From assembly GCA_025800285.1 (NCBI GenBank), contig JAOXRX010000039.1:10006-74005 (forward strand): a stretch of DNA of 64,000 bases, in the 5' to 3' direction. Shown piece after piece: positions 48,674-58,055 of this stretch. Under the pieces are notes generated by a model. That model ran no database searches and was not told the DNA's origin. It worked only from the letters and a program-made list of their open reading frames with translations. The number at the start of each line of letters is the position of its first letter. Positions within the stretch are counted from its first letter, which is position 1. Source of the stretch: Alphaproteobacteria bacterium. Its GTDB lineage: Bacteria; Pseudomonadota; Alphaproteobacteria; JAOXRX01. Position numbers and translations under genes: made by a program.

Positions 48674-50050
48674 ATGTACTCAAATAAACTGAATAAAAAA
48701 GGAAAATTTTATATGTACAGACCATCAAAAAGAGAAAAAGACGAATTAAGACAGTTTTCAATAGAACCAGATTATATGGGAAACCCAGAAGGTTCTTGCA
48801 TGGTTAAAGCGGGAAACACTCATGTATTATGCGTTGCTACTGTAGAAAAGTCAGTGCCAATGTTTTTAAGAGGAACTGGTAAAGGCTGGGTAACTGCTGA
48901 GTATGGCATGCTACCTCGTTCAACAGATCAAAGAATGAGAAGAGAAGCTACTATTGGCAAACAAAGCGGAAGAACTCTGGAGATACAAAGACTAATTGGC
49001 AGATCTTTAAGAGCTATCATAGATATGGATAAGCTAAACGAATATCAAATTAAAATAGATTGTGATGTTATCAGAGCCGATGGAGGCACTAGAACAGCAG
49101 CTATATCAGGAGCTTATGTTGCTCTTAGCAAAGCTGTGGACTTCATGTTAGAAAAAGGGATAATAAATGAAAATCCAATCTATGAACAAGTGGCTGCCGT
49201 ATCTTGTGGCATCTTCAAAGGAGAGCCTGTATTAGATTTAGATTTTTATGAAGATTCAAATGCTCAAGCTGACTCTAACTTTGTTTTAACAGCTAGCGGT
49301 AAAATAATAGAAGTTCAAGGTACTGCCGAAAAAGAGCCTTTCTCTAAATCAGAACTAATGGAGCTTTTATCTCTAGCAGAAAAAGGAGTTTCAGAAATAG
49401 CTCAAGAACAAAACAGAGCTCTTAAAAAAGGTGCTAACCGTAGAAAATTCAAACCAGGTGATGAAATAATTATTGCCACTCATAACATGGGTAAATTTAA
49501 AGAGTTTAGAAATGCCTTAGCTCCATATACAGAGAATGTTCTATCAGGAAATGATATAAACTTACCAGATGTAGAAGAAACAGAAGACACTTTTGAAGGT
49601 AATGCTAAGCTTAAAGCTATAGCTGGAGCAAAGCATACTGGTAAAATTGTAATAGCTGATGATAGCGGTTTTTGTGTAAAAAAATTAAAAGGAAGACCGG
49701 GAGTATATTCAAAAAGGTTTGCTGTTGAAGTTGGGAATGGAAAAGAAAACTATCCTGCAGCAATTGCAAAATTAAATGAAGAGCTAGGAAACAACAAAGA
49801 CAGAAGAGCAAGTTTCTGTTGTTGTTTAGTAATTGCTTGGCCAGATGGACATACAGAGACTCTAAATGGTAGAGTTAACGGCAAACTATTAAAAACATTA
49901 CAAGGTGAAGATGGTTTTGGTTTTGACCCTGCATTTGTTCCTAATGGACACGATAGAACTTTTGCTGAAATGAGTTTAGAGGAAAAGCAGAAACTTTCTC
50001 ATAGAGGAAAAGCTTTATCTTCTTTAATTGAAGAAGTATTTGAAAAGTAA
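48674..50050 (+). CDS. rph: in-frame fusion of ribonuclease PH (N-terminal ~250 aa) and the RdgB/HAM1 dITP/XTP pyrophosphatase (C-terminal ~200 aa); likely start near 48713
   Basis: Rph motifs ([14 protein letters not shown]) then linker [10 protein letters not shown], then RdgB motifs ([31 protein letters not shown]) with no intervening stop. Confidence 0.8.
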   Translation: MYSNKLNKKGKFYMYRPSKREKDELRQFSIEPDYMGNPEGSCMVKAGNTHVLCVATVEKSVPMFLRGTGKGWVTAEYGMLPRSTDQRMRREATIGKQSGRTLEIQRLIGRSLRAIIDMDKLNEYQIKIDCDVIRADGGTRTAAISGAYVALSKAVDFMLEKGIINENPIYEQVAAVSCGIFKGEPVLDLDFYEDSNAQADSNFVLTASGKIIEVQGTAEKEPFSKSELMELLSLAEKGVSEIAQEQNRALKKGANRRKFKPGDEIIIATHNMGKFKEFRNALAPYTENVLSGNDINLPDVEETEDTFEGNAKLKAIAGAKHTGKIVIADDSGFCVKKLKGRPGVYSKRFAVEVGNGKENYPAAIAKLNEELGNNKDRRASFCCCLVIAWPDGHTETLNGRVNGKLLKTLQGEDGFGFDPAFVPNGHDRTFAEMSLEEKQKLSHRGKALSSLIEEVFEK

Positions 50051-50089
50051 AAATCAGCAATCTCTTTTCTAATCATCCACTCGACTATC

Positions 50090-50325
50090 TGTCATTCCCC
50101 TGAAAAGGGGAATCTTCTTGTGCTACCCCCCTTTTTCTTTTTTAGTCATTCTGATGAGCGGAGCGAAGAAGAATCTCACTGTTTTAAATCAGTGCCAAAC
50201 TTTTTATTTGTCGTCATTCTGAACGGACACACTTGTGTGGTAGTGAAGAATCTCACCGTGCTACTGGATATGAATTCACATTACACAAGCACGAAAGGAT
50301 TTTTCACTTTTTCAGAATGACAAGC
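50090..50325. repeat. cluster of RPE-like palindromic elements (one complete ~110-bp copy at 50213-50322 plus partial copies)
   Basis: gtcattctgaacggacacacttgtgtgg ... ttcagaatgac termini; same family as 32769-33130. Confidence 0.8.
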
Positions 50326-50343
50326 AAATAAGAAGGCATAAAA

Positions 50344-50370
50344 AAAGCTCCCAAAACAGGGAGCTTTTTT
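50344..50370. terminator. bidirectional terminator after the BspA-like LRR gene
   Basis: hairpin aagctccc-aaaaca-gggagctt flanked by A6 and T6. Confidence 0.8.
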
Positions 50371-50388
50371 AAACAATAAATAACTTTG

Positions 50389-51906
50389 TTAATTAGAACT
50401 AAATACCCAACCTTTCCCCTCTAAAGTTGCTTTAGCAGATGAACATGTAGCATCTGAACAAGTATTGCCCCCAACTCTAATACTTCCTGTATTTTTCAAC
50501 TTAGCATTTGAATTAGAAATAGTTGATAGAAAACTAGAGTATATAGATGAAGACACTGAAGATGAGTAATCAATTACTGATAAGTTCGATGCATTCATCA
50601 TACTATTTAAATAAACTACTTTAGTTGTATCTAATCCACTAAGGTTTAAATTAGCTATATTATTTAAACCAGTATAACTATCTCCACCAAACATATTAGT
50701 CATATTTGTAACCTTGCTTGTATCAAAATTACTTATATCTAGTGTAGTTAAGCTCTCTAGGCCATAAAACATACCATTAGGGTCGACAAGACTACTTGTA
50801 TTAAAGTTGCTCACATCTAGACTTGTTAGCTTTTTCATACCGCCAAACATAGCAGCTGTATGTGTTACATTACTTGTATCAAATGAACTAACATCTAGTG
50901 TAGTTAAGCTCTCTAGCCCCCAAAACATATCACCCATATTAGTAACCTTCCTTGTATCAAATGAACTGATATTTAGACTTGTTATATTATTCGCATTCTC
51001 AAACATACTATTCATATTTGTTACATTACTTGTATCTAGACCTCTCAAATCAATATTTGTTATATATTCAGCATTATAGAACATCTCTGACATATCAGCC
51101 ACACCGCTGGTATCACAATCCCCCGCAGTAAAAGAAGTCAAACGAGAATAAGAAAAAGAGCGATTAAAGCTTTTCCAACCCACATTGCCTAAGTTTTCAA
51201 CTGTTTTCATTTTTGTAGGAACATGGCTAATATAAGGGAAATCCCCTGTTATTTTAACAGTCTTTCTTCCTCCAGTACTATATGTATGTGTAATATGGTA
51301 ATTTGTAAAATCATTACAATCACTGTCATCATCCCAACAAATTCTACCATTATATCCACTTGAAACTTTAGTAGGGAAAATTATTGTATCTCCAGCATTA
51401 ACTTCCCATGTTGTAACAAAAGGATTTTCTGCCACAGCATCACTAACATCAATAGAAGCGATTTTAGTTCCTTCTTGAACTTTATTAACTACTGCTGATA
51501 GGGTTATGTTTACTGTTCCACTTGCTTTTGCTTTTGCGATTGTTAGAGTTCTATTTGCTCCAGTTCCTGTAATGCTAACATCACTCGCTAAAACAACATC
51601 TTCATTCGCTAAACTAAAGCTAACAGCTACATCGTCTGCATTTATACCTCCTGAAGGAGTCAAAGTAATAGCAAATGTTTTATTTGTATCACTAGCTTTC
51701 ATAGAAATGCTTTCAACCGCTATACTTACACTTCCTTGTTGTTCCGGATTTTCACTACCATCAAATGGAGTGGCAGGGTTAGCTTGTAAACTACCTGATA
51801 AATTCTCGAAATAATAATAATCTCTTGCATGTGAAATTCCAACTGCTGAGCTTATAAACGAAACAGCTATAGCTGAAAGTAAAAGCTTATTAGATAATTT
51901 TTTCAT
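50389..51906 (-). CDS. BspA-type leucine-rich repeat surface protein (bacterial surface protein 26-residue repeat family) with signal peptide
   Basis: at least 7 tandem copies of L..LDTSNVTNM..MF...N.IT.L.IS.FDT; N-terminal signal peptide; beta-rich N-terminal domain. Confidence 0.75.
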   Translation of the reverse strand: MKKLSNKLLLSAIAVSFISSAVGISHARDYYYFENLSGSLQANPATPFDGSENPEQQGSVSIAVESISMKASDTNKTFAITLTPSGGINADDVAVSFSLANEDVVLASDVSITGTGANRTLTIAKAKASGTVNITLSAVVNKVQEGTKIASIDVSDAVAENPFVTTWEVNAGDTIIFPTKVSSGYNGRICWDDDSDCNDFTNYHITHTYSTGGRKTVKITGDFPYISHVPTKMKTVENLGNVGWKSFNRSFSYSRLTSFTAGDCDTSGVADMSEMFYNAEYITNIDLRGLDTSNVTNMNSMFENANNITSLNISSFDTRKVTNMGDMFWGLESLTTLDVSSFDTSNVTHTAAMFGGMKKLTSLDVSNFNTSSLVDPNGMFYGLESLTTLDISNFDTSKVTNMTNMFGGDSYTGLNNIANLNLSGLDTTKVVYLNSMMNASNLSVIDYSSSVSSSIYSSFLSTISNSNAKLKNTGSIRVGGNTCSDATCSSAKATLEGKGWVFSSN

Positions 51907-52065
51907 TTGTTTCTCCTCTCAAAATATAAATGAAATTTATTTTAGATTATTTTATACATATCATTCTTATAATGTCAAGATAATAGATGTTTTTTTTGAT
52001 TATAGTATATTATTATTTTTTATATACCTCATCATTACCTATCTTTTTATTGTAATTATGATAAT

Positions 52066-52335
52066 CGGAGCGAAGAAGAATCTTCTTGTGTTGCTGGATT
52101 TACCCTTCTATTCCGTCATTCTGAACGGACACACTTGTGTGGCAGTGAAGAATCTCACTGTGCTACTGGATATAAATCAATATTACACAGGCATGAAAAG
52201 ATTCTTCTTCGCTTTGCTCATCATAATGACGGGGAATAGTGAGAATGATGAAAAGATTTTTCATTTTGTTCAGAATGGGGATATAATAATATAGCATGGT
52301 GAAAAAATTCTTCCTTGCACTTAGAATGGTGGGAA
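52066..52335. repeat. cluster of RPE-like palindromic elements; the copy at 52115-52203 is a ~90% direct repeat of 50212-50300
   Basis: cgtcattctgaacggacacacttgtgtggcagtgaagaatctcactgtgctactggatat ... aligned against the 50.2 kb copy. Confidence 0.8.
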
Positions 52336-52377
52336 AAATTAGGATGAGAAAAAATAAATGATAATAAATTAATACAA

Positions 52378-52692
52378 TTATTTATTTAAAATGCTATCTG
52401 CTGTTTTTAAATCTTCTAAAACATCTTTTAAAGAGTCAATTAAAACTTTATCTATCTTATTATTTTTTGCATTTAACTGTTTAATAGCACCTTCAATTGT
52501 TAATTTTTGAGTAGTTAGTAAATCATTTATCTCTTTTAATAAAGAAATATCATCTGGTCTATAGAATCTTCTTCCACCAGATCTCTTCATAGGTTGAATC
52601 TTATTAAATTTAGTTTCCCAGAATCTTATAGTTGATGCATTTCTGCCTATAATTTTAGAAACTTCACTTATGTTATAAAAATTCTTTTCCAT
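52378..52692 (-). CDS. MerR family transcriptional regulator
   Basis: N-terminal HTH YNISEVSKIIGRNASTIRFWE; conserved position downstream of ihfA in alphaproteobacteria. Confidence 0.75.
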   Translation of the reverse strand: MEKNFYNISEVSKIIGRNASTIRFWETKFNKIQPMKRSGGRRFYRPDDISLLKEINDLLTTQKLTIEGAIKQLNAKNNKIDKVLIDSLKDVLEDLKTADSILNK

Positions 52693-52695
52693 ATC

Positions 52696-52989
52696 TTACT
52701 TTTTGTTTACCATATCTTTTAGATGTTGACTTGCTTTGAAGCTTACAACTCTTCTTGGAGTTATCACACTTTCTTCACCTGTCTTAGGGTTTCTACCAAT
52801 TCTCTCTGCTTTTTGTATCAAAGAAAAAGTACCAAAACCTGATATTTTAACATTATTGCCTTTAGACAATGCAGAAGAAATTATATCAAAGAAATCATCC
52901 ACAAAATCCGCACATTCATTTCTAGATAACCCTAATTCTTGATAAACTGCTTCGCTAAGTTTCATCCTTGTAACTGTATTTTCTGGCAT
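52696..52989 (-). CDS. ihfA: integration host factor subunit alpha
   Basis: 97 aa HU/IHF fold; GFGTFSL and RNPKTGEESVITPRRVVSFKAS arm motif. Confidence 0.9.
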   Translation of the reverse strand: MPENTVTRMKLSEAVYQELGLSRNECADFVDDFFDIISSALSKGNNVKISGFGTFSLIQKAERIGRNPKTGEESVITPRRVVSFKASQHLKDMVNKK

Positions 52990-53135
52990 AATAAGAGTCC
53001 TCCTCTATTGTTCTTTCCCCTTTTATCTAAGTATATTAGAGCATACTTTATAAACAAAGTCAAGGTGTTAGATTATTACTAAAAATTTGATTTTGTTTTT
53101 AAATTAGTTATAATAAAAGCAAAAGGAGAAATTAT

Positions 53136-53672
53136 ATGAAACTTTTTAGAAATTTATTGTTTATTTTAACATTATCATCCTGCTCTACGGCAGTTGAAAC
53201 TAATACTATAAGAGACTTTCAAGCAAACAAATACCTTGGCAAATGGTATGAAATAGCGAGATTTGACAACCGTTTTGAGAAAGGCTTAGATAATGTCTCT
53301 GCAACATACACCAAGCTTAAGCATAATAAAATTAGAGTTGTAAACAAAGGATATAATAAAGAAAAAAAAGTTTGGAAAGAAGCAAAAGGAGTGGCTCTTT
53401 TAAATAAGAACCCACAAATTGGTAAACTTCGAGTTAGTTTCTTTTGGCCATTTTTTGGAAATTACAACATACTATATGTAAATGATGAATATACATATGC
53501 AATTATTGGCTCAAAATCGAAAAAATATTTATGGTTATTGTCTAGAAATCACAGTATAAGTGAAGAAACAAAAGATATTCTCATAAAAAAAGTTAAAAGC
53601 TTAGGATATGATAGCAATAAGCTGATATATATTTCTCATGATTTAAACATTAAAAATTCAGAGAAGAAATAA
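53136..53672 (+). CDS. blc: outer-membrane lipoprotein Blc (bacterial lipocalin)
   Basis: lipoprotein signal (LTLSSC); lipocalin SCR1 YLGKWYEIARFDNRFE. Confidence 0.8.
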   Translation: MKLFRNLLFILTLSSCSTAVETNTIRDFQANKYLGKWYEIARFDNRFEKGLDNVSATYTKLKHNKIRVVNKGYNKEKKVWKEAKGVALLNKNPQIGKLRVSFFWPFFGNYNILYVNDEYTYAIIGSKSKKYLWLLSRNHSISEETKDILIKKVKSLGYDSNKLIYISHDLNIKNSEKK

Positions 53673-53734
53673 AAATAAAAAAACTCTTGCAAAAAATAAA
53701 AAAATAAGTTATAAGTTATGTCTAAATTGAGTAT

Positions 53735-53808
53735 TGGGATGTAGCCAAGCGGTAAGGCAACCGGTTTTGATCCGGTCATGCGCAGGTTCGAATCCTGCCA
53801 TCCCAACC
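53735..53808 (+). tRNA. tRNA-Gln (anticodon TTG)
   Basis: 74 nt; D-arm GCCAAGCGGTAAGGCA identical to E. coli tRNA-Gln; anticodon loop ttttgat; CCA encoded. Confidence 0.85.
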
Positions 53809-53965
53809 AATAAATAAAAGAGTCCAGCATTCGCTGGGCTTTTTTGTTTATTATTTGAATGATAGTTATTTGAACCGTTAAAGGTTCGGCAAAAAGATTA
53901 GCTTTCAACAAGGTTGAAAGGTTAGCGTTTGAAACTTTCGCAGACACACAGTGTCGCACGAAAGA

Positions 53966-53981
53966 AATCCTGCCATCCCAA
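53966..53981 (+). repeat. 16-nt direct repeat of the tRNA-Gln 3' end (aatcctgccatcccaa), att-like remnant
   Basis: exact match to 53791-53806, located 160 bp downstream of the tRNA; the intervening segment is a string of small hairpins. Confidence 0.6.
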
Positions 53982-54029
53982 AAAAATAACATATATCCCT
54001 TATTATACAATTTACTTGTAATACCTTTT

Positions 54030-54536
54030 TTATTTATTTTTCATATAGCTATATGATATTGAATCTATTTGGCATAGAAAAAAGATTGTATTGATATTAT
54101 CAATTTTAATATTTCTTATTTCTTCTACTTTTATATTAAGTTCTTTTTCAAACCATTGAGCAACGAGATGTCTATGACAAAACTCTCCTTCTTTTTCATA
54201 ACAGAGCAATATAGCATCACTACCAAGTTCTTTAAAAACCTTTGTAGCATCTAGAGGAGCTAGAATTTCTTCTTTAAACCTTTTTATATATCTTTGAACA
54301 TCTCCAGTTTTTCTATATTCTTTATATATACTCCAAGAAGGAGCAAGCTTTTTATACTCCCTGCCCTTATAAGCATCGGGGCTACATCCAGATATAGAAA
54401 CTGCATTTATATTATTACCATGTTTTGCAAAATTAGATGTTTTCATAAAATGAAATATATCATATATTAAACTTATACAATCATAAATTTGACTTTTAGC
54501 TAAAATTGTTATAACATTAATTACATATAAAAACAA
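54030..54536 (-). CDS. DUF488 family protein (YeaO-like); likely true start near 54446
   Basis: AILLCYEKEGEFCHRHLVAQWF and SPDAYKGREYKKLAPSWSIYKEY match YeaO/DUF488 patterns. Confidence 0.6.
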   Translation of the reverse strand: MFLYVINVITILAKSQIYDCISLIYDIFHFMKTSNFAKHGNNINAVSISGCSPDAYKGREYKKLAPSWSIYKEYRKTGDVQRYIKRFKEEILAPLDATKVFKELGSDAILLCYEKEGEFCHRHLVAQWFEKELNIKVEEIRNIKIDNINTIFFLCQIDSISYSYMKNK

Positions 54537-54607
54537 TTCCGCATTTTGCGGGATTTTTTAATCACAAAAATAATATTTTTGTTTGCAAGATTAGAGCATT
54601 TAATATA

Positions 54608-55099
54608 GTGAGGAGAGAAAAAATGGATAAATACCCTATGACAGAGAAATGCTACAACGATATGGTAGCTGAGCTAAAAAACTTAAAATCTGTTGAGAGA
54701 CCAGCTGTGATAGAAGCTATCGCAGATGCTCGAGAGCACGGTGATTTGAAGGAAAATGCGGAGTATCATTCTGCAAGAGAAAAACAAAGTTTTATCGAAG
54801 GAAGAATACAAGAGCTTGAAGCAATAGTATCAAGAGCTCAAGTTATAAATCCGCTAGATTTTGCAGGAGACTCTAATGTAAAATTCGGAGCAACTGTACA
54901 AATAGTTGATGAAGATACTGAAGAAGAAAAGACTCTTCAAATAGTTGGGGAATTTGAAGGCGATATAAGTAAAGGTTTAATTTCCTTGACTTCTCCTTTG
55001 GCAAGAGCTATGATAGGTAAATCCGAAGGAGACTCATTTGAAGTAATTACTCCTGCTGGTAAAAAATTCTATGAAATTGAAGAAGTAAAATATGTATAA
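54608..55099 (+). CDS. greA: transcription elongation factor GreA (likely start 54623)
   Basis: coiled-coil N-terminus with DLKENAEYH; C-terminal FKBP-like domain GATVQIVDEDT. Confidence 0.9.
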   Translation: MRREKMDKYPMTEKCYNDMVAELKNLKSVERPAVIEAIADAREHGDLKENAEYHSAREKQSFIEGRIQELEAIVSRAQVINPLDFAGDSNVKFGATVQIVDEDTEEEKTLQIVGEFEGDISKGLISLTSPLARAMIGKSEGDSFEVITPAGKKFYEIEEVKYV

Positions 55100-55213
55100 C
55101 AAGAACTTAAATATAAATGTGATTATAAATTCTACATCCCCTTTAGGGGTTTAGAATCGTAGAAAAAATTAATCACAATTTAAGTTAAAAATTATACAAA
55201 GGAAAAATCAAAA

Positions 55214-56497
55214 ATGTTAGATATAAAATTTATTAAAGAAAACCCAGAGGTTGTTAAAAATGCCTGTGAAGTAAAGGGCTTTGCTTGTGATATTGATAGA
55301 CTTCTAGAATTAGAAATAATTGTTAGAAACAATGACACTAAGATTCAAGAGCTTCAAGCAGAAAAAAATAGCCTTTCAGCTAAAATAAAATCAGCTACAA
55401 ACGAAGAAAGACCAGCTATAATTGAAGCTTCAAAAAAAGCTGGGGAAGAAATTAAAAAAATTGAAGAGGAACTAACCCCTTTAAAGAATGAATTGAAAGA
55501 TTTAATACTATCAGTTCCTCAAATACCTCATAAGGATATGCCTATAGGGAAAACTGATGAAGACAATGTTGTTCTTAGAACAGAAGGTGAAATACCAGAA
55601 CTTGATTTTGAACCTTTATCTCACTTTGATCTTTGTGAAAAAAATGATTGGGCTGATTTTCAAAGAGTATCAAATGTTTGTGGTTCAAGAAGTATATTAT
55701 GTTTAAAAGGTAGATTAGCTAGATTAGAGTTTGCTCTATATAACTACATGCAAGATAAAATGGAAGAAGCAGGATTTACTCAATTAAACCTACCTGCTCT
55801 AATTAAAAAAGAAGCTATCTTTGATGCAGGACATTTTCCAGGAAGCGACATGAGTGTTATGGATAACGATGTTTTTGCTTTAGGTAATGACAATCGCTCT
55901 CTTGCGGGTACATCAGAAATTGCTATAAACTCTTTACATGCGGGAGAAGTAATTGATGAGAGCAAACTACCTCTAATGTATACAGCATACTCAACTTGTT
56001 TCAGAAGAGAAGCAGGGGCTGCTGGTAAAGATACTAGAGGATTTGTAAGAGGAAATCAGTTTAACAAGCAAGAAATGTATGTATTTTGTAAAAATGACCC
56101 TAAAGAATCTCAAAAAATGTTCGAATTAATGTTCGGATTATTCGAGAGCTTTGTATCAGAAATGGAAATGCCATATCATGTTTTAGAGGCATGTTCTGGA
56201 GATGTTGGATTTAATAAAGTTAAGATGCATGATTTAGAGGCTTGGTCTCCAGCTCAAAATAGATACATTGAGTTAGGTAGTTGTTCTATAATACATGACT
56301 TCCAAGCTAGAAGAACAAAAACTAGATATAAAAATCAAGAAACTGGCAAAATAGAGTATTGTCATACATTAAACAATACTTGTTTAGCTACTCCTAGATT
56401 TTTAGCTTTATTCTTAGAGAACCATCAAACAGCTGAAGGTAAAGTTAAACTTCCTGAAAAGCTAAGACCTTATATGGGTGGTAAAGAATACTTATAA
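55214..56497 (+). CDS. serS: serine--tRNA ligase
   Basis: N-terminal coiled-coil arm; class II motifs (FRREAGAAGKDTRG, GSCSIIHDFQARR). Confidence 0.95.
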   Translation: MLDIKFIKENPEVVKNACEVKGFACDIDRLLELEIIVRNNDTKIQELQAEKNSLSAKIKSATNEERPAIIEASKKAGEEIKKIEEELTPLKNELKDLILSVPQIPHKDMPIGKTDEDNVVLRTEGEIPELDFEPLSHFDLCEKNDWADFQRVSNVCGSRSILCLKGRLARLEFALYNYMQDKMEEAGFTQLNLPALIKKEAIFDAGHFPGSDMSVMDNDVFALGNDNRSLAGTSEIAINSLHAGEVIDESKLPLMYTAYSTCFRREAGAAGKDTRGFVRGNQFNKQEMYVFCKNDPKESQKMFELMFGLFESFVSEMEMPYHVLEACSGDVGFNKVKMHDLEAWSPAQNRYIELGSCSIIHDFQARRTKTRYKNQETGKIEYCHTLNNTCLATPRFLALFLENHQTAEGKVKLPEKLRPYMGGKEYL

Positions 56498-56697
56498 ATC
56501 TAAATTTTATTACAGAATAAAAAAGAATCTTTTTAGATTGCACTTTGCAGGTAGAAAGGTTCTTTTTTTTATTGAACACTAATTGCTAATCCACCCTTTT
56601 TCCCATTCTCTTTTTTTCTCCTCCTTTTCCCCTTTCCCCATCCTTCTGAACAAAGTGAAGAATCTTTTTATTATGCTATATTATTTTCTCGTCATTC

Positions 56698-57776
56698 TTG
56701 TAGATGTCAAGTAATTCGTGGACAGTTTTCATTAAATTCTATAGGAGTTTTCCCATTTAATCCTTGATGAGGTCTTTCCTCATTGTAATAACATAGATAC
56801 TCTGCTAGGTTTTGTTTAAAATCCTCAATGCTATCAAAGTCTGTGTCTTCTATTAAATCTTCATGCAAGGTTTTCCAAAACCTCTCTATCTTTCCATTGG
56901 TTTGGGGCCTATATGGCTTTGTGTACCTGTGTTTTATTCCATAATATTTTAATAATCTCTCAAATGGATTTGTATCTTTGTTTTTCTTATCTGGTCCTTG
57001 ACCAAACTCACTGCCGTTATCTGATAATATTTCTTTAAACTTAATATCTGTAAACTCACTAAATGCTCCAAGCATATCCATACTTGCAAACATCACTGTT
57101 AAAGATTTTTTATCTTCTATTAACTCTACAAAAGCTATTCTTGTAGCAGCATCAATTAATCCAACCAAATAGTGACTCTTATTAACTTCTAATAATCCTT
57201 TAGGTAAGTTATAACAGTCTATATGACCTAGCTCTCCCGCTTTTTCTTTTATTATCTTCCTTCTATTATTTTTCATTTTCTTTTTCAACCTCTGCATTCC
57301 TTTATCTCTTAATATATTATATATGGTTGATGGACTAGGAGTGTACTTATGATATTTTCTTTTTAAGATACTATGGATCTCATACCTAGAGCAACCTTTC
57401 TCCCTTAACTTTATAATACTTTCCTCTATATTGTAAAGAACCGTCCTTCTTTTTTTAAATTTCGGACCTCTTTTTAATGGAGCTACTCCTTTAGGACTAG
57501 GGTTTTGCTTATATTTATTTATATATTTATAAAATGCTTGCCTAGATATATGATGACTATCATATAAATCTTTTACATATTTATACCTTTTATTTTTACC
57601 TTGCTTTATTAAATTATGCTCTTTTATTAAGTTTTCTATAAATAAAAAATTATTCCTTAATAATGTTTCGTCTTGTGAATTCTTTAACTTTATGCTCATT
57701 ATTCGTTCCTTTCCTTCGTTAAATTCATCTTCTTATATTTAACGAAAACTGTCCACGAATTATTTAACATCTACAA
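56698..57776 (-). mobile_element. IS481-family insertion sequence with 31-33 bp imperfect terminal inverted repeats, inserted into a palindromic repeat element
   Basis: left end gtagatgtcaagtaattcgtggacagttttc; right end reverse-complement gtagatgttaaataattcgtggacagttttc (29/31); flanking TTC/ATTC duplication. Confidence 0.85.
56707..57699 (-). CDS. IS481 family transposase (DDE)
   Basis: N-terminal HTH; catalytic core SDNGSEF ... RPQTNGKIERFWKTL typical of IS481/IS3-like DDE integrases. Confidence 0.85.
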   Translation of the reverse strand: MSIKLKNSQDETLLRNNFLFIENLIKEHNLIKQGKNKRYKYVKDLYDSHHISRQAFYKYINKYKQNPSPKGVAPLKRGPKFKKRRTVLYNIEESIIKLREKGCSRYEIHSILKRKYHKYTPSPSTIYNILRDKGMQRLKKKMKNNRRKIIKEKAGELGHIDCYNLPKGLLEVNKSHYLVGLIDAATRIAFVELIEDKKSLTVMFASMDMLGAFSEFTDIKFKEILSDNGSEFGQGPDKKNKDTNPFERLLKYYGIKHRYTKPYRPQTNGKIERFWKTLHEDLIEDTDFDSIEDFKQNLAEYLCYYNEERPHQGLNGKTPIEFNENCPRIT

Positions 57777-57880
57777 TTCTGAGTGTAACGAAGAATCTTT
57801 TCATGCTTGTGGAATGTGAATTGATATCCAGTAGCACAGTGAGATTCTTCTTCGCTCCGCTCATCAGAATGACCGGCTGA
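57777..57880. repeat. right portion of the RPE-like palindromic element split by the IS (left portion ends at 56697)
   Basis: tgagtgtaacgaagaatcttttcatgcttgtggaatg ... cgctcatcagaatgaccggc matches the element at 32769-32876. Confidence 0.8.
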
Positions 57881-57962
57881 GGATGGATGATGTTTTTTTA
57901 GATAAAATCATTCAGAATAACAAATGTGGAAATATTTTCTAAACTATAATAATAAAAATATT

Positions 57963-57990
57963 TATCCCCTCGTTAAATTACGAGGGGATA
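57963..57990 (-). terminator. rho-independent terminator downstream of the rubrerythrin gene
   Basis: hairpin tatcccctcgt-taaat-tacgaggggata. Confidence 0.6.
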
Positions 57991-58055
57991 AAATTTCAGA
58001 AATAAATAAAGTACAGAATTTATTTCCTACTTTCATTGCGAGAAAATTTGGTCTC

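Noticed and set aside
50120-50320. 66-aa ORF (and the similar 78-aa ORF at 52058-52294) encoding ILNGHTCV.VKNLTVLLD-type peptides
   Set aside because: They lie entirely within RPE-like palindromic repeat copies. The shared peptide reflects repeat sequence, not a gene, and there is no RBS.
53636-54010. 124-aa minus-strand ORF
   Set aside because: It overlaps tRNA-Gln and the hairpin-rich att remnant. It is a spurious ORF in AT-rich sequence.
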